From an uncultured Methanomicrobiales archaeon (lineage in GTDB: Archaea; Halobacteriota; Methanomicrobia; Methanomicrobiales; Methanospirillaceae): a stretch of 64,000 bases of DNA. The position numbers were made by a program, and so were the translations under genes. Below the pieces are notes generated by a model. That model searched no databases and was not told the origin of the DNA. It saw only the letters and a list, made by a program, of their open reading frames with translations. Positions 32,759 to 43,416 of this stretch are shown in pieces. Each line of letters starts with the position of its first letter. The stretch's first letter is position 1. The stretch covers positions 640,001 through 704,000 of the forward strand of contig OY969100.1 in the NCBI GenBank assembly GCA_963697895.1. Direction: 5' to 3'.

Positions 32759-32989
32759 GGTCCGTTCCGGTAAGGGAGAAGGTTCTCTTCCGGTAGCAGG
32801 AGTGCCATCTGGTACGTGCATGTCGATAAGATATTGGAACCCGGTGAAGATGGATTCTTGGGTCATGGCAAGGGGTGGGATCCGGGGGTCAGAACAAACC
32901 TGGGGGTACCTGGATATATAAATCCATTCAGGAATGATGGGCCATCTTCCCACCGGATAATGGCTTCGATATTATCACCAGGGTAAAAA

Positions 32990-35260
32990 TCAATCGTAAA
33001 AGGAGTTATTGTAAAAAGAGAACGCGAACTGATCATCGATTAATCCGGTCATATTCCGGAGGAGATCTGCATACCGGGTGAGATCCTGGTTCGCACTTGC
33101 TTTTGCCTGTTTTGGGATAGAAACGATCTTCGCCTGATCCGGTAAAGAGAGCAGCGGGCTGTGCAGGTATTCCGGTGAAATAATGGTTTCCTCATCCGGG
33201 ATTGTTACCACAGAAGGATCGTTCACGGGTAATCCGGGATATTCGGTGAGTTGGGCCGGAACGTCTCCCGGATATTCCGTTTCACGGACGAGATCGAGAA
33301 TTTCCGGAATACGGCCATTCCCCAGAGATGGATCCGGAAGGAGAGATAATATCGGGGATGTCCTTGTCACAACCCCTTCGCTTCCGGTATCGGGAATAAC
33401 CCGTGAATCAACGGAAACATCCGGCGATGCTCCTGTGCCTGCCCCGGACCAGTACCCGGGATACATCACTTCCACCGGGTTCCATGAACTCTGAATTTGG
33501 GAAACAGGTAAAACAGGAACATATTCCGTTGCTACGGGGATTTCAGTAAAGCCGTTTGAAATCGCAGGAAGTGGGCTGATCGACGTTGAAATGTACGGGT
33601 ATAAGAAGGAACTGTAATTCGCTGCCCCGATGAAGGGCGAATAATTGGAGACCGGTATCTGGTAGGAACTGAACACTATGGTAGGAGCAGGGGTCGGTTT
33701 GGCAGTCACCGATACCGCAACCGCTGGTTTTGCCACTGGCGCAAGATTCATCGTAAAAGCTTTCAGGCAGGCATTGGAATTCGGGTAGAGATTGGTAAGA
33801 TCCGTCCAGTCCTCCCCGTTACTGCTCACATAACTCTGACCTTTTGCGGCGCTGGCGCGGCCTGAATAACCGGATATCGGAGATTCGATCGCAATTGGAA
33901 ACCGGGTTCCGGGTGTGGTGATATCGACGACTACTGAGAACCGTTCTCCTGCGGAGACTTCCACCGGATTTTCCAGCGTTACCGTGTGGTATCCGGGCAT
34001 CGGAATCGTTCCGGCAGTGGAGGTATCCGGACCGGTACTGCTGACCGGACCATCTGCAGGATCGGTATACACGGATATATGGTAGGTGGAACTGACAACC
34101 GGTGTGTAAAAGCTGACCGCGGATACCTTCTCTTCGCTTTTAGCCGTGAATATGTTCGCGAAAGAGGCGCTCTGACCGCCGAGCCCTGCACTCTCGGTCC
34201 AGCCAAGGGTGTCGTACTGGTATATTCTGTCATAGTTATCGACCGGTTCGGTCATGTATACCGCGTTATCCTCACCGATCACCGTGTCATAGTAGGAAAC
34301 GTAAAAGTACCCGTTATTTCCCCAGTCTGTCCCCCAACTGTTTTTTACCAGGAATGCCCCGTTGCCGGGAGCTGCCGGACGGAATGCATTCCGATCAAAC
34401 GAGTCATCCCATCCGACGATGAGGACGGCATGGTTCGCACCAGAACCTCCCGGGTAATAATAAGCGCTCTCGTAGGGACTGAAGTACCGGTCATTCCAGT
34501 ACACGGTGGAGTACACGGCCCCCTGGTGGATCAGCGCATCCTTGATGTTGTTGTTATCTGCGGGACCATCACGGGCAGGCACATAGGAAACATCCTGTAC
34601 GTGCTTTTTCACCGGGATCGAAGAACCCAAGGAGAAGGATCCCTCGTTATACGGATCGTCCGCCTCGACTCCCGGACCATCCCATCGGGCAAGATATGCG
34701 GTCGATATAACCGAATTCCCGCCACTGCACGACCCGAGGTCATACCCACTTCTGGTCTTCATATTGTTTTCAGAAAAGTCCCAGGATTCTCCGGGTAAGA
34801 GGGTCGATTCCAAAGATCCCACGGTAGCAAAAGCCCAGCAACACCCACAATCACCTTGGTCTTTGATAGAACTTACCTTCCCTGCGGATCTCAGATCAAA
34901 ACCCGAGGAGGATATCCCCCCGGTGCTGGATACCCCCGACGGTGACGATGTAACGAACCGGGATGCGTGAATGAGTGCCTCATCATCGCTGCTTACCACC
35001 TGTTTTCCCTTGTTTGGCGACAGATCCACCGTGGCCGGTACGAGTCCGAGCGTATGGTTCGCGGAATTTCCCGCCAATTCAACAGCATTCTGCGCGGAAT
35101 ATTGGAGATATTCCGGATTCAAAGGGGCGAGGAAGACCTGTTCCTGGGATCGGAACTGCTCCTCGGTGTACGGATAGAGCGAATCTGCAGCTGCGGATGC
35201 CCCAACCAGTGAGAGAATAAGAAGAAGAACCAAAAAAACCGGAATAGTCCCTCTTTTCAT
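32990..35260 (-). CDS. Secreted papain-family (C1A) cysteine protease with lectin-like domain and a Pro/Ser-rich tail
   Basis: Signal peptide; DQGDCGCCWAF, ANHAV and KNSWG catalytic motifs; IYQYD..GW...NACLKAFT lectin-like domain. Confidence 0.9.
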   Translation of the reverse strand: MKRGTIPVFLVLLLILSLVGASAAADSLYPYTEEQFRSQEQVFLAPLNPEYLQYSAQNAVELAGNSANHTLGLVPATVDLSPNKGKQVVSSDDEALIHASRFVTSSPSGVSSTGGISSSGFDLRSAGKVSSIKDQGDCGCCWAFATVGSLESTLLPGESWDFSENNMKTRSGYDLGSCSGGNSVISTAYLARWDGPGVEADDPYNEGSFSLGSSIPVKKHVQDVSYVPARDGPADNNNIKDALIHQGAVYSTVYWNDRYFSPYESAYYYPGGSGANHAVLIVGWDDSFDRNAFRPAAPGNGAFLVKNSWGTDWGNNGYFYVSYYDTVIGEDNAVYMTEPVDNYDRIYQYDTLGWTESAGLGGQSASFANIFTAKSEEKVSAVSFYTPVVSSTYHISVYTDPADGPVSSTGPDTSTAGTIPMPGYHTVTLENPVEVSAGERFSVVVDITTPGTRFPIAIESPISGYSGRASAAKGQSYVSSNGEDWTDLTNLYPNSNACLKAFTMNLAPVAKPAVAVSVTAKPTPAPTIVFSSYQIPVSNYSPFIGAANYSSFLYPYISTSISPLPAISNGFTEIPVATEYVPVLPVSQIQSSWNPVEVMYPGYWSGAGTGASPDVSVDSRVIPDTGSEGVVTRTSPILSLLPDPSLGNGRIPEILDLVRETEYPGDVPAQLTEYPGLPVNDPSVVTIPDEETIISPEYLHSPLLSLPDQAKIVSIPKQAKASANQDLTRYADLLRNMTGLIDDQFAFSFYNNSFYD

Positions 35261-35556
35261 CCGGATACCTCATTCATCGCATAAATGACCATTTTTTTCA
35301 GGGAAAAGGACATCGGGCCTCTTATTTGTTACCTATTTGAGATCTAAAGCACGATTCGATAAATACTTTCCAGTAGTGGAGTATCTGACCATCCGAATCC
35401 CCTGAATGAATCTCCATCCAGAGCGAACTCTATGGCATTATTCATCTGTGTGTATGATCTCCTGATCACAGGTAAATAATAGATAGATGCTTCCGGTTCA
35501 ATCAGTCCGGCAGATGATCAATAAAACAAAAAAAAAAGAAATTCTCGCCGTTAAAA

Positions 35557-36399
35557 TTATTCTTTCTTCTCCTCTCCCGCCTTTTGCCGGGAGTAATAAT
35601 ACGCCCCCACCCCGATGATGATAATAATGACGAGAATTCCTATCCCCCAGATCGGCGGTATCAGAGTATAACCGGTCGTGCCCGGTGCCTGAGTACCGGT
35701 TGTTGTCACCGTCGGAGTCGGGCTTTCGGTTGATGAGCTATCCGTTCCATTTGTACCGATACTCGTTCCCTGCCCGGAACTTGTCCCGGCAGTTCCTTCC
35801 TGTGCTGTTCCTGAAGTACTTTCATTAACACTTTCTGTCCCGGTAACCGTGGTGGTGGGAGTAACGCTCGTACCTTCAAAGCCACCTCCACCGCCGCCGC
35901 CCCCGCCTGAAGGGGATTGGCCCGAGGAGGTGTGTGTTGCGGTCACTGTCGGAGTGTACGTGAACGTAACTGTACCTTTACCGACCTGCAGGTTCAGCTC
36001 CGTCACTTCACCGCTCTTGAATGGATACGTATCGGTCCAGCCGCCAGCGGCAGCGACATCATAGCACTGTGCCTGGGTACCCCCGACGAAGAAGGTTATC
36101 GGGGTTCCATCGGTTATATTTCCCTGGACGATCAGCTTGTTGGGATCCATCCCGGGGGCACCATATATTCCTGTCTGAATAGTGGTAATAGGATTACCAA
36201 GCACTCCCGTTGTCACCCCCGTTCCCTGCGCCTGAATAACAGTTCCTGCGGGGACGGGTTGACCGCTGGCATCAATGACCGTGCCATAGAACGCCTGCGG
36301 AAGTGCCGGGATCGTCGACGATTCTGCATATACTGACGTTCCTGCGAGGAACATGAATATGCAGAGCCCGGCGAGCATAACGAATAATTTCTGTTTCAT
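35557..36399 (-). CDS. Membrane-anchored surface protein (D)
   Basis: Signal peptide, a PALPQAFYG domain, a poly-Gly and Ser/Thr-rich linker, and a C-terminal TM helix followed by a charged tail. Confidence 0.85.
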   Translation of the reverse strand: MKQKLFVMLAGLCIFMFLAGTSVYAESSTIPALPQAFYGTVIDASGQPVPAGTVIQAQGTGVTTGVLGNPITTIQTGIYGAPGMDPNKLIVQGNITDGTPITFFVGGTQAQCYDVAAAGGWTDTYPFKSGEVTELNLQVGKGTVTFTYTPTVTATHTSSGQSPSGGGGGGGGGFEGTSVTPTTTVTGTESVNESTSGTAQEGTAGTSSGQGTSIGTNGTDSSSTESPTPTVTTTGTQAPGTTGYTLIPPIWGIGILVIIIIIGVGAYYYSRQKAGEEKKE

Positions 36400-36473
36400 G
36401 GTTTTCACCCAATTCATAAGAGAGAGAGGACGCATTTGTCCCCTCCCGCATTTTCTTATCAATCTTTTTTTTA

Positions 36474-38621
36474 TTATCCTATATTTTTGACGGGGGTTGT
36501 GCTGAACCCAAACAGGGTATCGGTGTTTTCCATAACAACCCAGTATCCCTTGTACGGAAGGATATCCTCAAGGGGGCCTCCGAGTGCATATACCCAACCG
36601 GGCTGATTCAGATCCGGGCTGATTACGATCGTATATCCTGTCAGGTTCCCCGGAGCTTCCTGAATACTGATCAGTGCCTGATCAACGGGCATTGCCGGGA
36701 ATCCCCCCATTTCATATGCCGGGGCCGACCCGATCAGGCTGAGCCCTGAAGGAAGGACCCGGGAAGGAGGCTCTGTTACCGACGGGGAGGGATAGATAAA
36801 GGCAACTGCAATCGAGTTCACCCGTACATAATATGCATCGAGCGGCTGCGGTACCGTTGATCCTGCGGGTATGTACCAGATCTTCTGTTCATTATCCCAT
36901 CCGTAAATGACGTCGATCATATCGATGGACTGGTTGAAGATCATTTCAAAGGTCCCATGCCCCGGGTCGAGGGTGACGGGAGTCGAGAAAAGGTTCCATC
37001 CTGACTCAAGGGTCTGGTTAAAATATATCAATCCTCCCTGACTGAATGTCGCCTGAATCGTATGGTCCATGGTCACATTCGGGAACGTATACATGCTGAT
37101 GGGACCTTGCGGCTCCCCGTCTACAAGCACCTGCTCGATGGAGAATTCGCTGTCGGGGATGATGGAGAAGCTCTGATCATTTCCCTGATTGACAATAACA
37201 CTCCCGTTCGGCGCTATCGATCCACCGGCACCTGCGGAAGCTTCGATCGTATAGGTGATCACCTCACCCTGGGTGAAGGTCGCCTGAATCGTGTGGTTCG
37301 CGATTACATTCACGAATGTGTATGTACTGACGACACCCTGCAGCGAGCCGTCGACCGTCACCTGTTCGATGATAAATCCGCTATCGGGGACGATGTTGAA
37401 GGTTTTATTCGTTCCTTCGTTTACGGGTACATTTCCGCTCGGGTTGATCGATCCTCCTGCTCCTGCACTCGCGTTGATCGTGAAGGTCGTCCCTCCACCC
37501 TGCGTGAAGGTCGCCTGGATCGTGTGGTTCGCGATTACATTCACGAATGTATAGGTACTGACAGCACCCTGCGGCGACCCATCAACCGTTACGTGATCGA
37601 TGATAAATCCGCTATCGGGGACGATGTTGAAGGTTTTATCCGTTCCTTCATTTACCATTACATTTCCACTCGGATTGATCGATCCTCCTGTTCCTGCACC
37701 CGCGTTGATCGTGAAGGTTGCCCCTCCACCCTGCGTGAAGGTCGCCTGGATCGTGTGGTTCGCGATTACATTCACGAATGTATAGGTACTGACAGCACCC
37801 TGCGGCGATCCGTCGACCGTCACCTGTTCGATGATAAATCCGCTATCGGGGACGATGTTGAAGGTTTTATCCGTTCCTTCGTTTACGGGTACATTTCCGC
37901 TCGGATTGATCGATCCTCCTGCTCCTGCACCCGCGTTGATCGTGAAGGTTGTCCCTCCACCCTGCGTGAAGGTCGCCTGGATCGTGTGGTTCGCGATTAC
38001 ATTCACGAATGTATAGGTACTGACAGCACCCTGCGGCGACCCATCGACCGTCACCTGATCGATGACAAATCCGCTATCTGGGACGATGTTGAAGGTTTTA
38101 TCCGTTCCTTCGTTTACGATTACATTTCCACTCGGATCAATCGATCCTCCTGCTCCTGCACTCGCGGTGATGGTTTTCTGGTTGATTGTGCCGGATCCCC
38201 GGATATTAAGGATGGTCACTCCTCCCGACTTGAAGGGATACGATGCCATCCAGCCATCCTGAGATTCGACATCGTTCACCTCGGCCGGTGCCCCGTTCAC
38301 GAAAAAGGTGATCGGGGATCCTTCGGGGATCTGTTTGCCCTGGGTTCCGTGGACGAAAAGCCTTTTTTCGACTTCAAAGGGACTCATTCCCCCGTAAAAC
38401 CCAGTTACTTCGGTTACGACGGTACCTCCCCCATTCGTCACAGCAGCGGTTATAACGGTACCGGCCGGAGCCGGTTGACCTTGAATGGACACGGCCCCAT
38501 AGAAGGCATGGGGAAGCTGGGGGGTCTCCTCCGCCAGGGTGGGTGCGATACAGACTGCCAGAAGCAGCAGTACTCCTATCATCGCCCACGGTATTCTGCG
38601 TTTCATTACGATTTGCTTCAT
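36474..38621 (-). CDS. Secreted repeat protein (C) with InlB-B-like repeats
   Basis: Signal peptide, a PQLPHAFYG domain, five 77-aa repeats and a C-terminal GWN...GYWV domain. No TM anchor. Confidence 0.87.
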   Translation of the reverse strand: MKQIVMKRRIPWAMIGVLLLLAVCIAPTLAEETPQLPHAFYGAVSIQGQPAPAGTVITAAVTNGGGTVVTEVTGFYGGMSPFEVEKRLFVHGTQGKQIPEGSPITFFVNGAPAEVNDVESQDGWMASYPFKSGGVTILNIRGSGTINQKTITASAGAGGSIDPSGNVIVNEGTDKTFNIVPDSGFVIDQVTVDGSPQGAVSTYTFVNVIANHTIQATFTQGGGTTFTINAGAGAGGSINPSGNVPVNEGTDKTFNIVPDSGFIIEQVTVDGSPQGAVSTYTFVNVIANHTIQATFTQGGGATFTINAGAGTGGSINPSGNVMVNEGTDKTFNIVPDSGFIIDHVTVDGSPQGAVSTYTFVNVIANHTIQATFTQGGGTTFTINASAGAGGSINPSGNVPVNEGTNKTFNIVPDSGFIIEQVTVDGSLQGVVSTYTFVNVIANHTIQATFTQGEVITYTIEASAGAGGSIAPNGSVIVNQGNDQSFSIIPDSEFSIEQVLVDGEPQGPISMYTFPNVTMDHTIQATFSQGGLIYFNQTLESGWNLFSTPVTLDPGHGTFEMIFNQSIDMIDVIYGWDNEQKIWYIPAGSTVPQPLDAYYVRVNSIAVAFIYPSPSVTEPPSRVLPSGLSLIGSAPAYEMGGFPAMPVDQALISIQEAPGNLTGYTIVISPDLNQPGWVYALGGPLEDILPYKGYWVVMENTDTLFGFSTTPVKNIG
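37040..38175. repeat. Intragenic 231-bp repeats (four near-identical, one diverged)
   Basis: GTGAAGGTCGCCTG recurs at 37273, 37504, 37735 and 37966 (period 231). Confidence 0.93.
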
Positions 38622-38642
38622 GATCCCTCCGAATTGGCAGAA

Positions 38643-38668
38643 CAGGGCGGGGTAGTTCCCCTGCCCTG
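38643..38668. other. Strong intergenic hairpin between genes B and C
   Basis: CAGGGCGGGG-TAGTT-CCCCTGCCCTG. Confidence 0.65.
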
Positions 38669-38702
38669 CTCAGACGTGTTCATTCAATCCCTCACTTTCG
38701 TA

Positions 38703-41700
38703 TCAGGATGGAAGCTCGAATTCGAAATGGAAGGGGGTGATCTCAAATCCGCTGAGTGTCGCCGGGTTCACCATGAACACCCAGTATCCTTCACCCGTGT
38801 AGAGATCCTTCTTCTTCAGGTCGTCGGCAGTCAGAGCCCATGTCTGGATCTGCCCGGGTACCGATGGGCTGATCACCGTCGACAATCCCCTCGGGGATAC
38901 GGACATGATCGAATTGAGTGCCTCTTCCGCTGACTTTTCGGCTTCCGGATCTCTGGTATCCGGGTTAGCGACTGCCCATCTTCCTTCGTCCGAGCCTATC
39001 TTATCGTCCTTCTTGTCGATACCGAATGCCGATCCTACCAGGTTCCAGCCGTTCGACAGGGGATAGGTTGGTAATCCTGGCGACTCACTGCCACTGTAGA
39101 GGACCGGGAACCGCGTGCCTTCCTTCACCTTGATATAGTAACCGCGGCAGGGTATCATGTTCGGGCTGATCGGTTCGAACAGGTGCGTATTCGCGTTGAA
39201 CTGATAGGCGATGACGAAGTTGTCGGATGTCAGGTACTTGCCGAGGTAACTGATCTCCATTATGGTATCTGCCCGGTCATCCAGAGTAAGGGGGACGGAC
39301 AGGGTGTTCCAGCCTGCCTGGAGCTCAAGGCTGTCCGAACCATACCACCGTACCGGGTCATTTTTCAGGACGATCGCATACGGCTGGGTGAGCCATGGGT
39401 TGTATTCGACGAGTTCGCTGACTGCATCGCCATTGCCGAGGGCGAGACTCCGCTCGTCCCGTTCATGGCAGATCGGTGCCGGACCCATGCTCGGGCCGCC
39501 GATCTTGCCCCACCAGTTCTCTTTGGCGATCAGGAGATCGGTCTCACAGTGTTCCAGTCCTTCATTGGTAACGAAATTCTTGATTCCCCACCACTTGTTT
39601 CCGACGATATCATTGTACTTGATGATGATGAGCGCCGGATCCGCGAAGGAGGAGATCCCGAATACCTTGTTGTCCTTGATCTCGTTCTCGAGGATCGTCA
39701 GGTGCTGTTCACAGTGTTTTCTGTCCTGGATGTCGCTCCCGATCAAGGAGACGTTCGCGCCCGCGGTTACGATGGGCTCGTAATCGCAATTCCCTTTCGC
39801 GACTGCACAATCAAGGAGGTTTATCCCTGCATGGGCATTGTTGTAGATCTTGTTCCCGATAATGAACGGGTTAGAGAATTCCAGGAACTGTTCTCCATCG
39901 TTACATTCACGACAGAAGAATCCATCGGATCCATCGAGTCCGACCAATCCATCCGCTTCTTTTTCGTTATCTCTGCAGCAACAGTTGACAACGCTCCGGA
40001 TCTCAATGCCCGCGTCGATCCAGAAGGGATCGCCGTTCTTCGGCGGATCCAGGTACGCCGTGCTGAATGAAACCCTGCTCTTATCATTACAGTCCTTGCC
40101 TTCCCATGAACTCATCTTTCCACAGCCATTGTCATGGAACTGGTTGAAGAGGATCTCGGTTACAACGTGATAGCAATGAGTGATTGCATAGGGATCGATA
40201 CATTCGACACCGCATTTCAGCTCTTCTCCGCCAAACCCGTCCCAGCAGTTCTGGTACACGTCGTTTCCTTCGACGAGGACGACGGTGTTATTGGCGAGGA
40301 TACCTTCGGCCGTGCTGTTATAGATGGTGTTGTTGATGATATTCACCCGTCCTTCACAGCATGGGAAGGCCATCACATGATCTTTTTCAACCTCTTTTCC
40401 ACCGTCGATATACGCGGCTGCGCACTTCCAGCTGGAGGGGTGCACGACAACCCCGGCAGCGTCCATGTACCCGTTGCCGTCGATATCCGGCGAGCCGCCA
40501 TTACAGCGTCCCGCATTTTTGATGACAAACCCGTTCAGTTCCGTGCAGCCTGCCGTTATGAAGACCGCTCCTGCGCGGCCGTCAGGGAATTCGGTCGCAT
40601 TGAATGCCGGTGGTACTCCAAAGGCATCGATGACTGCTCCACCCTTGTTCTTTGCCTTCAGTACGACCCCGGGGGTATCCATCTCGAAGGTCTCTTTATA
40701 GATACCGTTATCGACAACGATCAACGCCCCAATCAGGCCCTCGAACTCCGGGTGTTCATCGATCCAGCACTGGGTATGCAGCTGCCAGGCCGGCATCTGC
40801 GGGCAAACATCCAGGATATCGACGATGTTTGGCGGACCCCGGTGGTCATTCTGTGGTGCCCACCATATCCGTACTTCATCATTCACGATGATCAATGTCG
40901 CCTGGTTATTGGTCGTTCCGTCATCACCGACATAGGTGACGAGGTAGGTCTCTCCACAGTGCTTTGTGGGCGGACAGGAGATATCTACACATACGCTTTC
41001 ACCGAGCGACTTTCCGTCATTCCACTGCCCTGCGGGATCCGGCGGGTGTCCGTAGTTCCCATAACACGTGCCTGAAGTTACCCCGAAGATATCGAAGAAG
41101 TCCTGGTAGAGGCACGTCGTTCCTGCATTGGTTCCGACCACGTTTTCGACGTTCACGATATTGGTAAGCGGATTGCCCAGATATTCGATCGGGTACAGAC
41201 CGGGACCGGTGATAGTAACGGGATCTGCAACTACCTGGGTACCGTCATTGAGGTCGACTGTCACCTGGAAAGTCTCCGTGTCCGTTGCTCCATTGGGGTT
41301 GGAAGGCACGTCGATATTTGCGGCTTCACCCACAGGCGGACCGTCATTCCATGTACCGCCCATGAAATTGCCATAGGTTGGGTGGAACGCATGGTTCTTG
41401 GTGCTGTCCAGGCTGAACTCAGCATCGTCTCCGCCAATATAGAGACAGTCAACAAAGTCCAGCGCATCAGTTATGTTGTTACTGGTGTAGATGAAATCAC
41501 AGGTAGAACCGATGGGGTTGATAGCACCACAGTCTGCCGTCGCATTCTGGTATTTCAGGAACACGGTTACATTTCCGCGGAATGTTGCCGAGATCTCCCA
41601 GCATTCATGCAACGGGTCAAACTTGAATGTCGAATGCTTCGGATCGTAGGTGAACGTGCCTATTCCCGGGTCGCATGCCGAGGCAGAATAGCACGGGTCA

Positions 41701-42434
41701 TTGCTGGAGTCGAGCTTCTTCACACAGACCTGGCATATGGTAAATCCGGGATCTGCCGTGATATCGAATACGGGTTGGTCCCCGCAATCATACGGCGAAG
41801 GCGTCCGGGCGGTAATCTTGCCTCCCTTGTTCGGGATGATCGTGACATCGTACTGAAGGTTGGCCTTGTTCTTACTCTTGAAGTCGGAGTCCTTTGCGAC
41901 GTCATATGGCTCAAGGTCGGTGCTCACCCACGCATAGAAGTCACACTTCTTCATTTCAAGGTCCGCACAGGGCAGGAAACAGATACGTACAATCTTATTC
42001 GTGGGTACATCTATCGGAGTCCATATCTTTACGGTCGTGGTCTTCTTCCCCTCCCCGTCTGTTGGAGTGGGATGCCCGGGCACCTTACCGAAAAATACCT
42101 CAACATCTGTGGGGTTTTCCGGGGTCGTCCACTCTCCTTTGACGGTATCATAATACGAGACCTCAATGCAATACGAGTTTATCACACTCGGTACGCACAC
42201 GTTCTCATCCGGAAAGCTGACCAGAAATGCGTTGATACCTTCACTCACACCCTTATCTATGGTAAATATGACACATTTCGTTGCATCAGTACATGGCCCT
42301 TCAGGCTGGTCGATCGATACCGATACGTCGTGGATCGCAGCGACCGGAGTAACCGCCAGCAGGCAACCCACCAGGAATACCGCGAGAAGAATCGCTAACC
42401 GGTTCTTCTCCAGGGTCTTTCTCATCATTGTCAT
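38703..42434 (-). CDS. Large Cys-rich secreted protein (B) with a right-handed beta-helix region
   Basis: GGAGG RBS before ATG 42434; signal peptide; about 46 Cys by hand count; beta-helix repeats (IINNTIYN, IIGNKIYNN, AKENWWG); C-terminal GWN...GYWV domain. Confidence 0.85.
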   Translation of the reverse strand: MTMMRKTLEKNRLAILLAVFLVGCLLAVTPVAAIHDVSVSIDQPEGPCTDATKCVIFTIDKGVSEGINAFLVSFPDENVCVPSVINSYCIEVSYYDTVKGEWTTPENPTDVEVFFGKVPGHPTPTDGEGKKTTTVKIWTPIDVPTNKIVRICFLPCADLEMKKCDFYAWVSTDLEPYDVAKDSDFKSKNKANLQYDVTIIPNKGGKITARTPSPYDCGDQPVFDITADPGFTICQVCVKKLDSSNDPCYSASACDPGIGTFTYDPKHSTFKFDPLHECWEISATFRGNVTVFLKYQNATADCGAINPIGSTCDFIYTSNNITDALDFVDCLYIGGDDAEFSLDSTKNHAFHPTYGNFMGGTWNDGPPVGEAANIDVPSNPNGATDTETFQVTVDLNDGTQVVADPVTITGPGLYPIEYLGNPLTNIVNVENVVGTNAGTTCLYQDFFDIFGVTSGTCYGNYGHPPDPAGQWNDGKSLGESVCVDISCPPTKHCGETYLVTYVGDDGTTNNQATLIIVNDEVRIWWAPQNDHRGPPNIVDILDVCPQMPAWQLHTQCWIDEHPEFEGLIGALIVVDNGIYKETFEMDTPGVVLKAKNKGGAVIDAFGVPPAFNATEFPDGRAGAVFITAGCTELNGFVIKNAGRCNGGSPDIDGNGYMDAAGVVVHPSSWKCAAAYIDGGKEVEKDHVMAFPCCEGRVNIINNTIYNSTAEGILANNTVVLVEGNDVYQNCWDGFGGEELKCGVECIDPYAITHCYHVVTEILFNQFHDNGCGKMSSWEGKDCNDKSRVSFSTAYLDPPKNGDPFWIDAGIEIRSVVNCCCRDNEKEADGLVGLDGSDGFFCRECNDGEQFLEFSNPFIIGNKIYNNAHAGINLLDCAVAKGNCDYEPIVTAGANVSLIGSDIQDRKHCEQHLTILENEIKDNKVFGISSFADPALIIIKYNDIVGNKWWGIKNFVTNEGLEHCETDLLIAKENWWGKIGGPSMGPAPICHERDERSLALGNGDAVSELVEYNPWLTQPYAIVLKNDPVRWYGSDSLELQAGWNTLSVPLTLDDRADTIMEISYLGKYLTSDNFVIAYQFNANTHLFEPISPNMIPCRGYYIKVKEGTRFPVLYSGSESPGLPTYPLSNGWNLVGSAFGIDKKDDKIGSDEGRWAVANPDTRDPEAEKSAEEALNSIMSVSPRGLSTVISPSVPGQIQTWALTADDLKKKDLYTGEGYWVFMVNPATLSGFEITPFHFEFELPS

Positions 42435-42529
42435 TCGTTTCCTCCAAAGAAACGGTGATATGCAAACGGTCTCTCCGCTCTCGTACTCGTATGTAGAAAT
42501 ACCCCCGAGCACCTATCGATGCCCAAGGC

Positions 42530-42701
42530 CTCCGCTTGTGGAGGGCGGTTCCGGATGTTCATCACCATCATTATCCCCATACTCTGATGATATCGGACTA
42601 CCGCTCCATCGCTGATGCCAAATCAAGCATATGGATTAGTCACGCCACCTTGTCCGAAAATTGGGACATATTCGCATTAGAATTATACCTATATATAATT
42701 T
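42530..42701 (-). promoter_or_regulatory. TATA box plus long conserved 5' leader of gene B
   Basis: Minus strand reads AAATTATATATAGGT, then a leader homologous to 43135..43320. Confidence 0.75.
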
Positions 42702-43134
42702 TTCCATCAAAATTTTGATCGGTCTCCGACAATTGCCTACATTGGATGTTGACGAATGAAACAGGCAAATTTTTTTGGTATATATAACTGTTGATTTATC
42801 ACAATTAACCGTAAGGTTCAATATAGAGGTTTCCGCGCCCCGCCCTCACAATCACCGGCGATTGCTCCTTTTTCGTATCCGAGATCATTCCCTGGAGAGG
42901 AATATCCTGGATACTATTGGTCCATTATGCCGTATTTCATCGTTTGATCGTTCTGCAAACCCGGCAAGGGGGAGATCGAATCGGATCGGCGCTATGAGCC
43001 GTGCGATCGGGGAATGGATATAATAATCCATTTTCTCGGTTAGCTCTCCAAAATGCTTACAATTCACTTCAATGGGATGCCAAAACATCCTCGTGCCACT
43101 ATTTTATCAAAGCATTTTGTGTAAAAAAAGGAAC

Positions 43135-43320
43135 AAATTATATATAGGTTCAGTTCGAATGCGATAATGTCCCGTTTTCGGACAAGGTGGCGCGACTAAT
43201 CCATATGCTCAAAATGGAGTATGTAATGGAGTAGTAGTCCGGATAATCATCAAGTATGGGGATAATACGAAAGTAGAATGATGGCGATGAGATCTGGAAT
43301 ATTCCTCCTCCAGCGGAAGC
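43135..43320 (+). promoter_or_regulatory. TATA box plus long conserved 5' leader of gene A
   Basis: AAATTATATATAGGT at 43135, then TTTTCGGACAAGGTGGCGcGACTAATCCATATGCT; an inverted copy of 42530..42701. Confidence 0.75.
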
Positions 43321-43416
43321 ACTGTGCGGTAAAAGAACCGTAACATGGCCTTCAGCCCGTATCGATCGATACCGGAGGGGATGTTCTTCTTGTTACCATC
43401 TGATTAGGGGATAATT

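Noticed and set aside
37062-38933. 623-aa plus-strand ORF and other long antisense ORFs (for example 1585..2679, 8201..9295, 41382..42398)
   Set aside because: These are shadow frames of well-supported opposite-strand genes, caused by codon bias and repeats.
42530-43320. Invertible promoter switch or transposon terminal inverted repeats
   Set aside because: The repeats are diverged and gapped, each carries its own TATA box, and there is no recombinase, transposase or target-site duplication.
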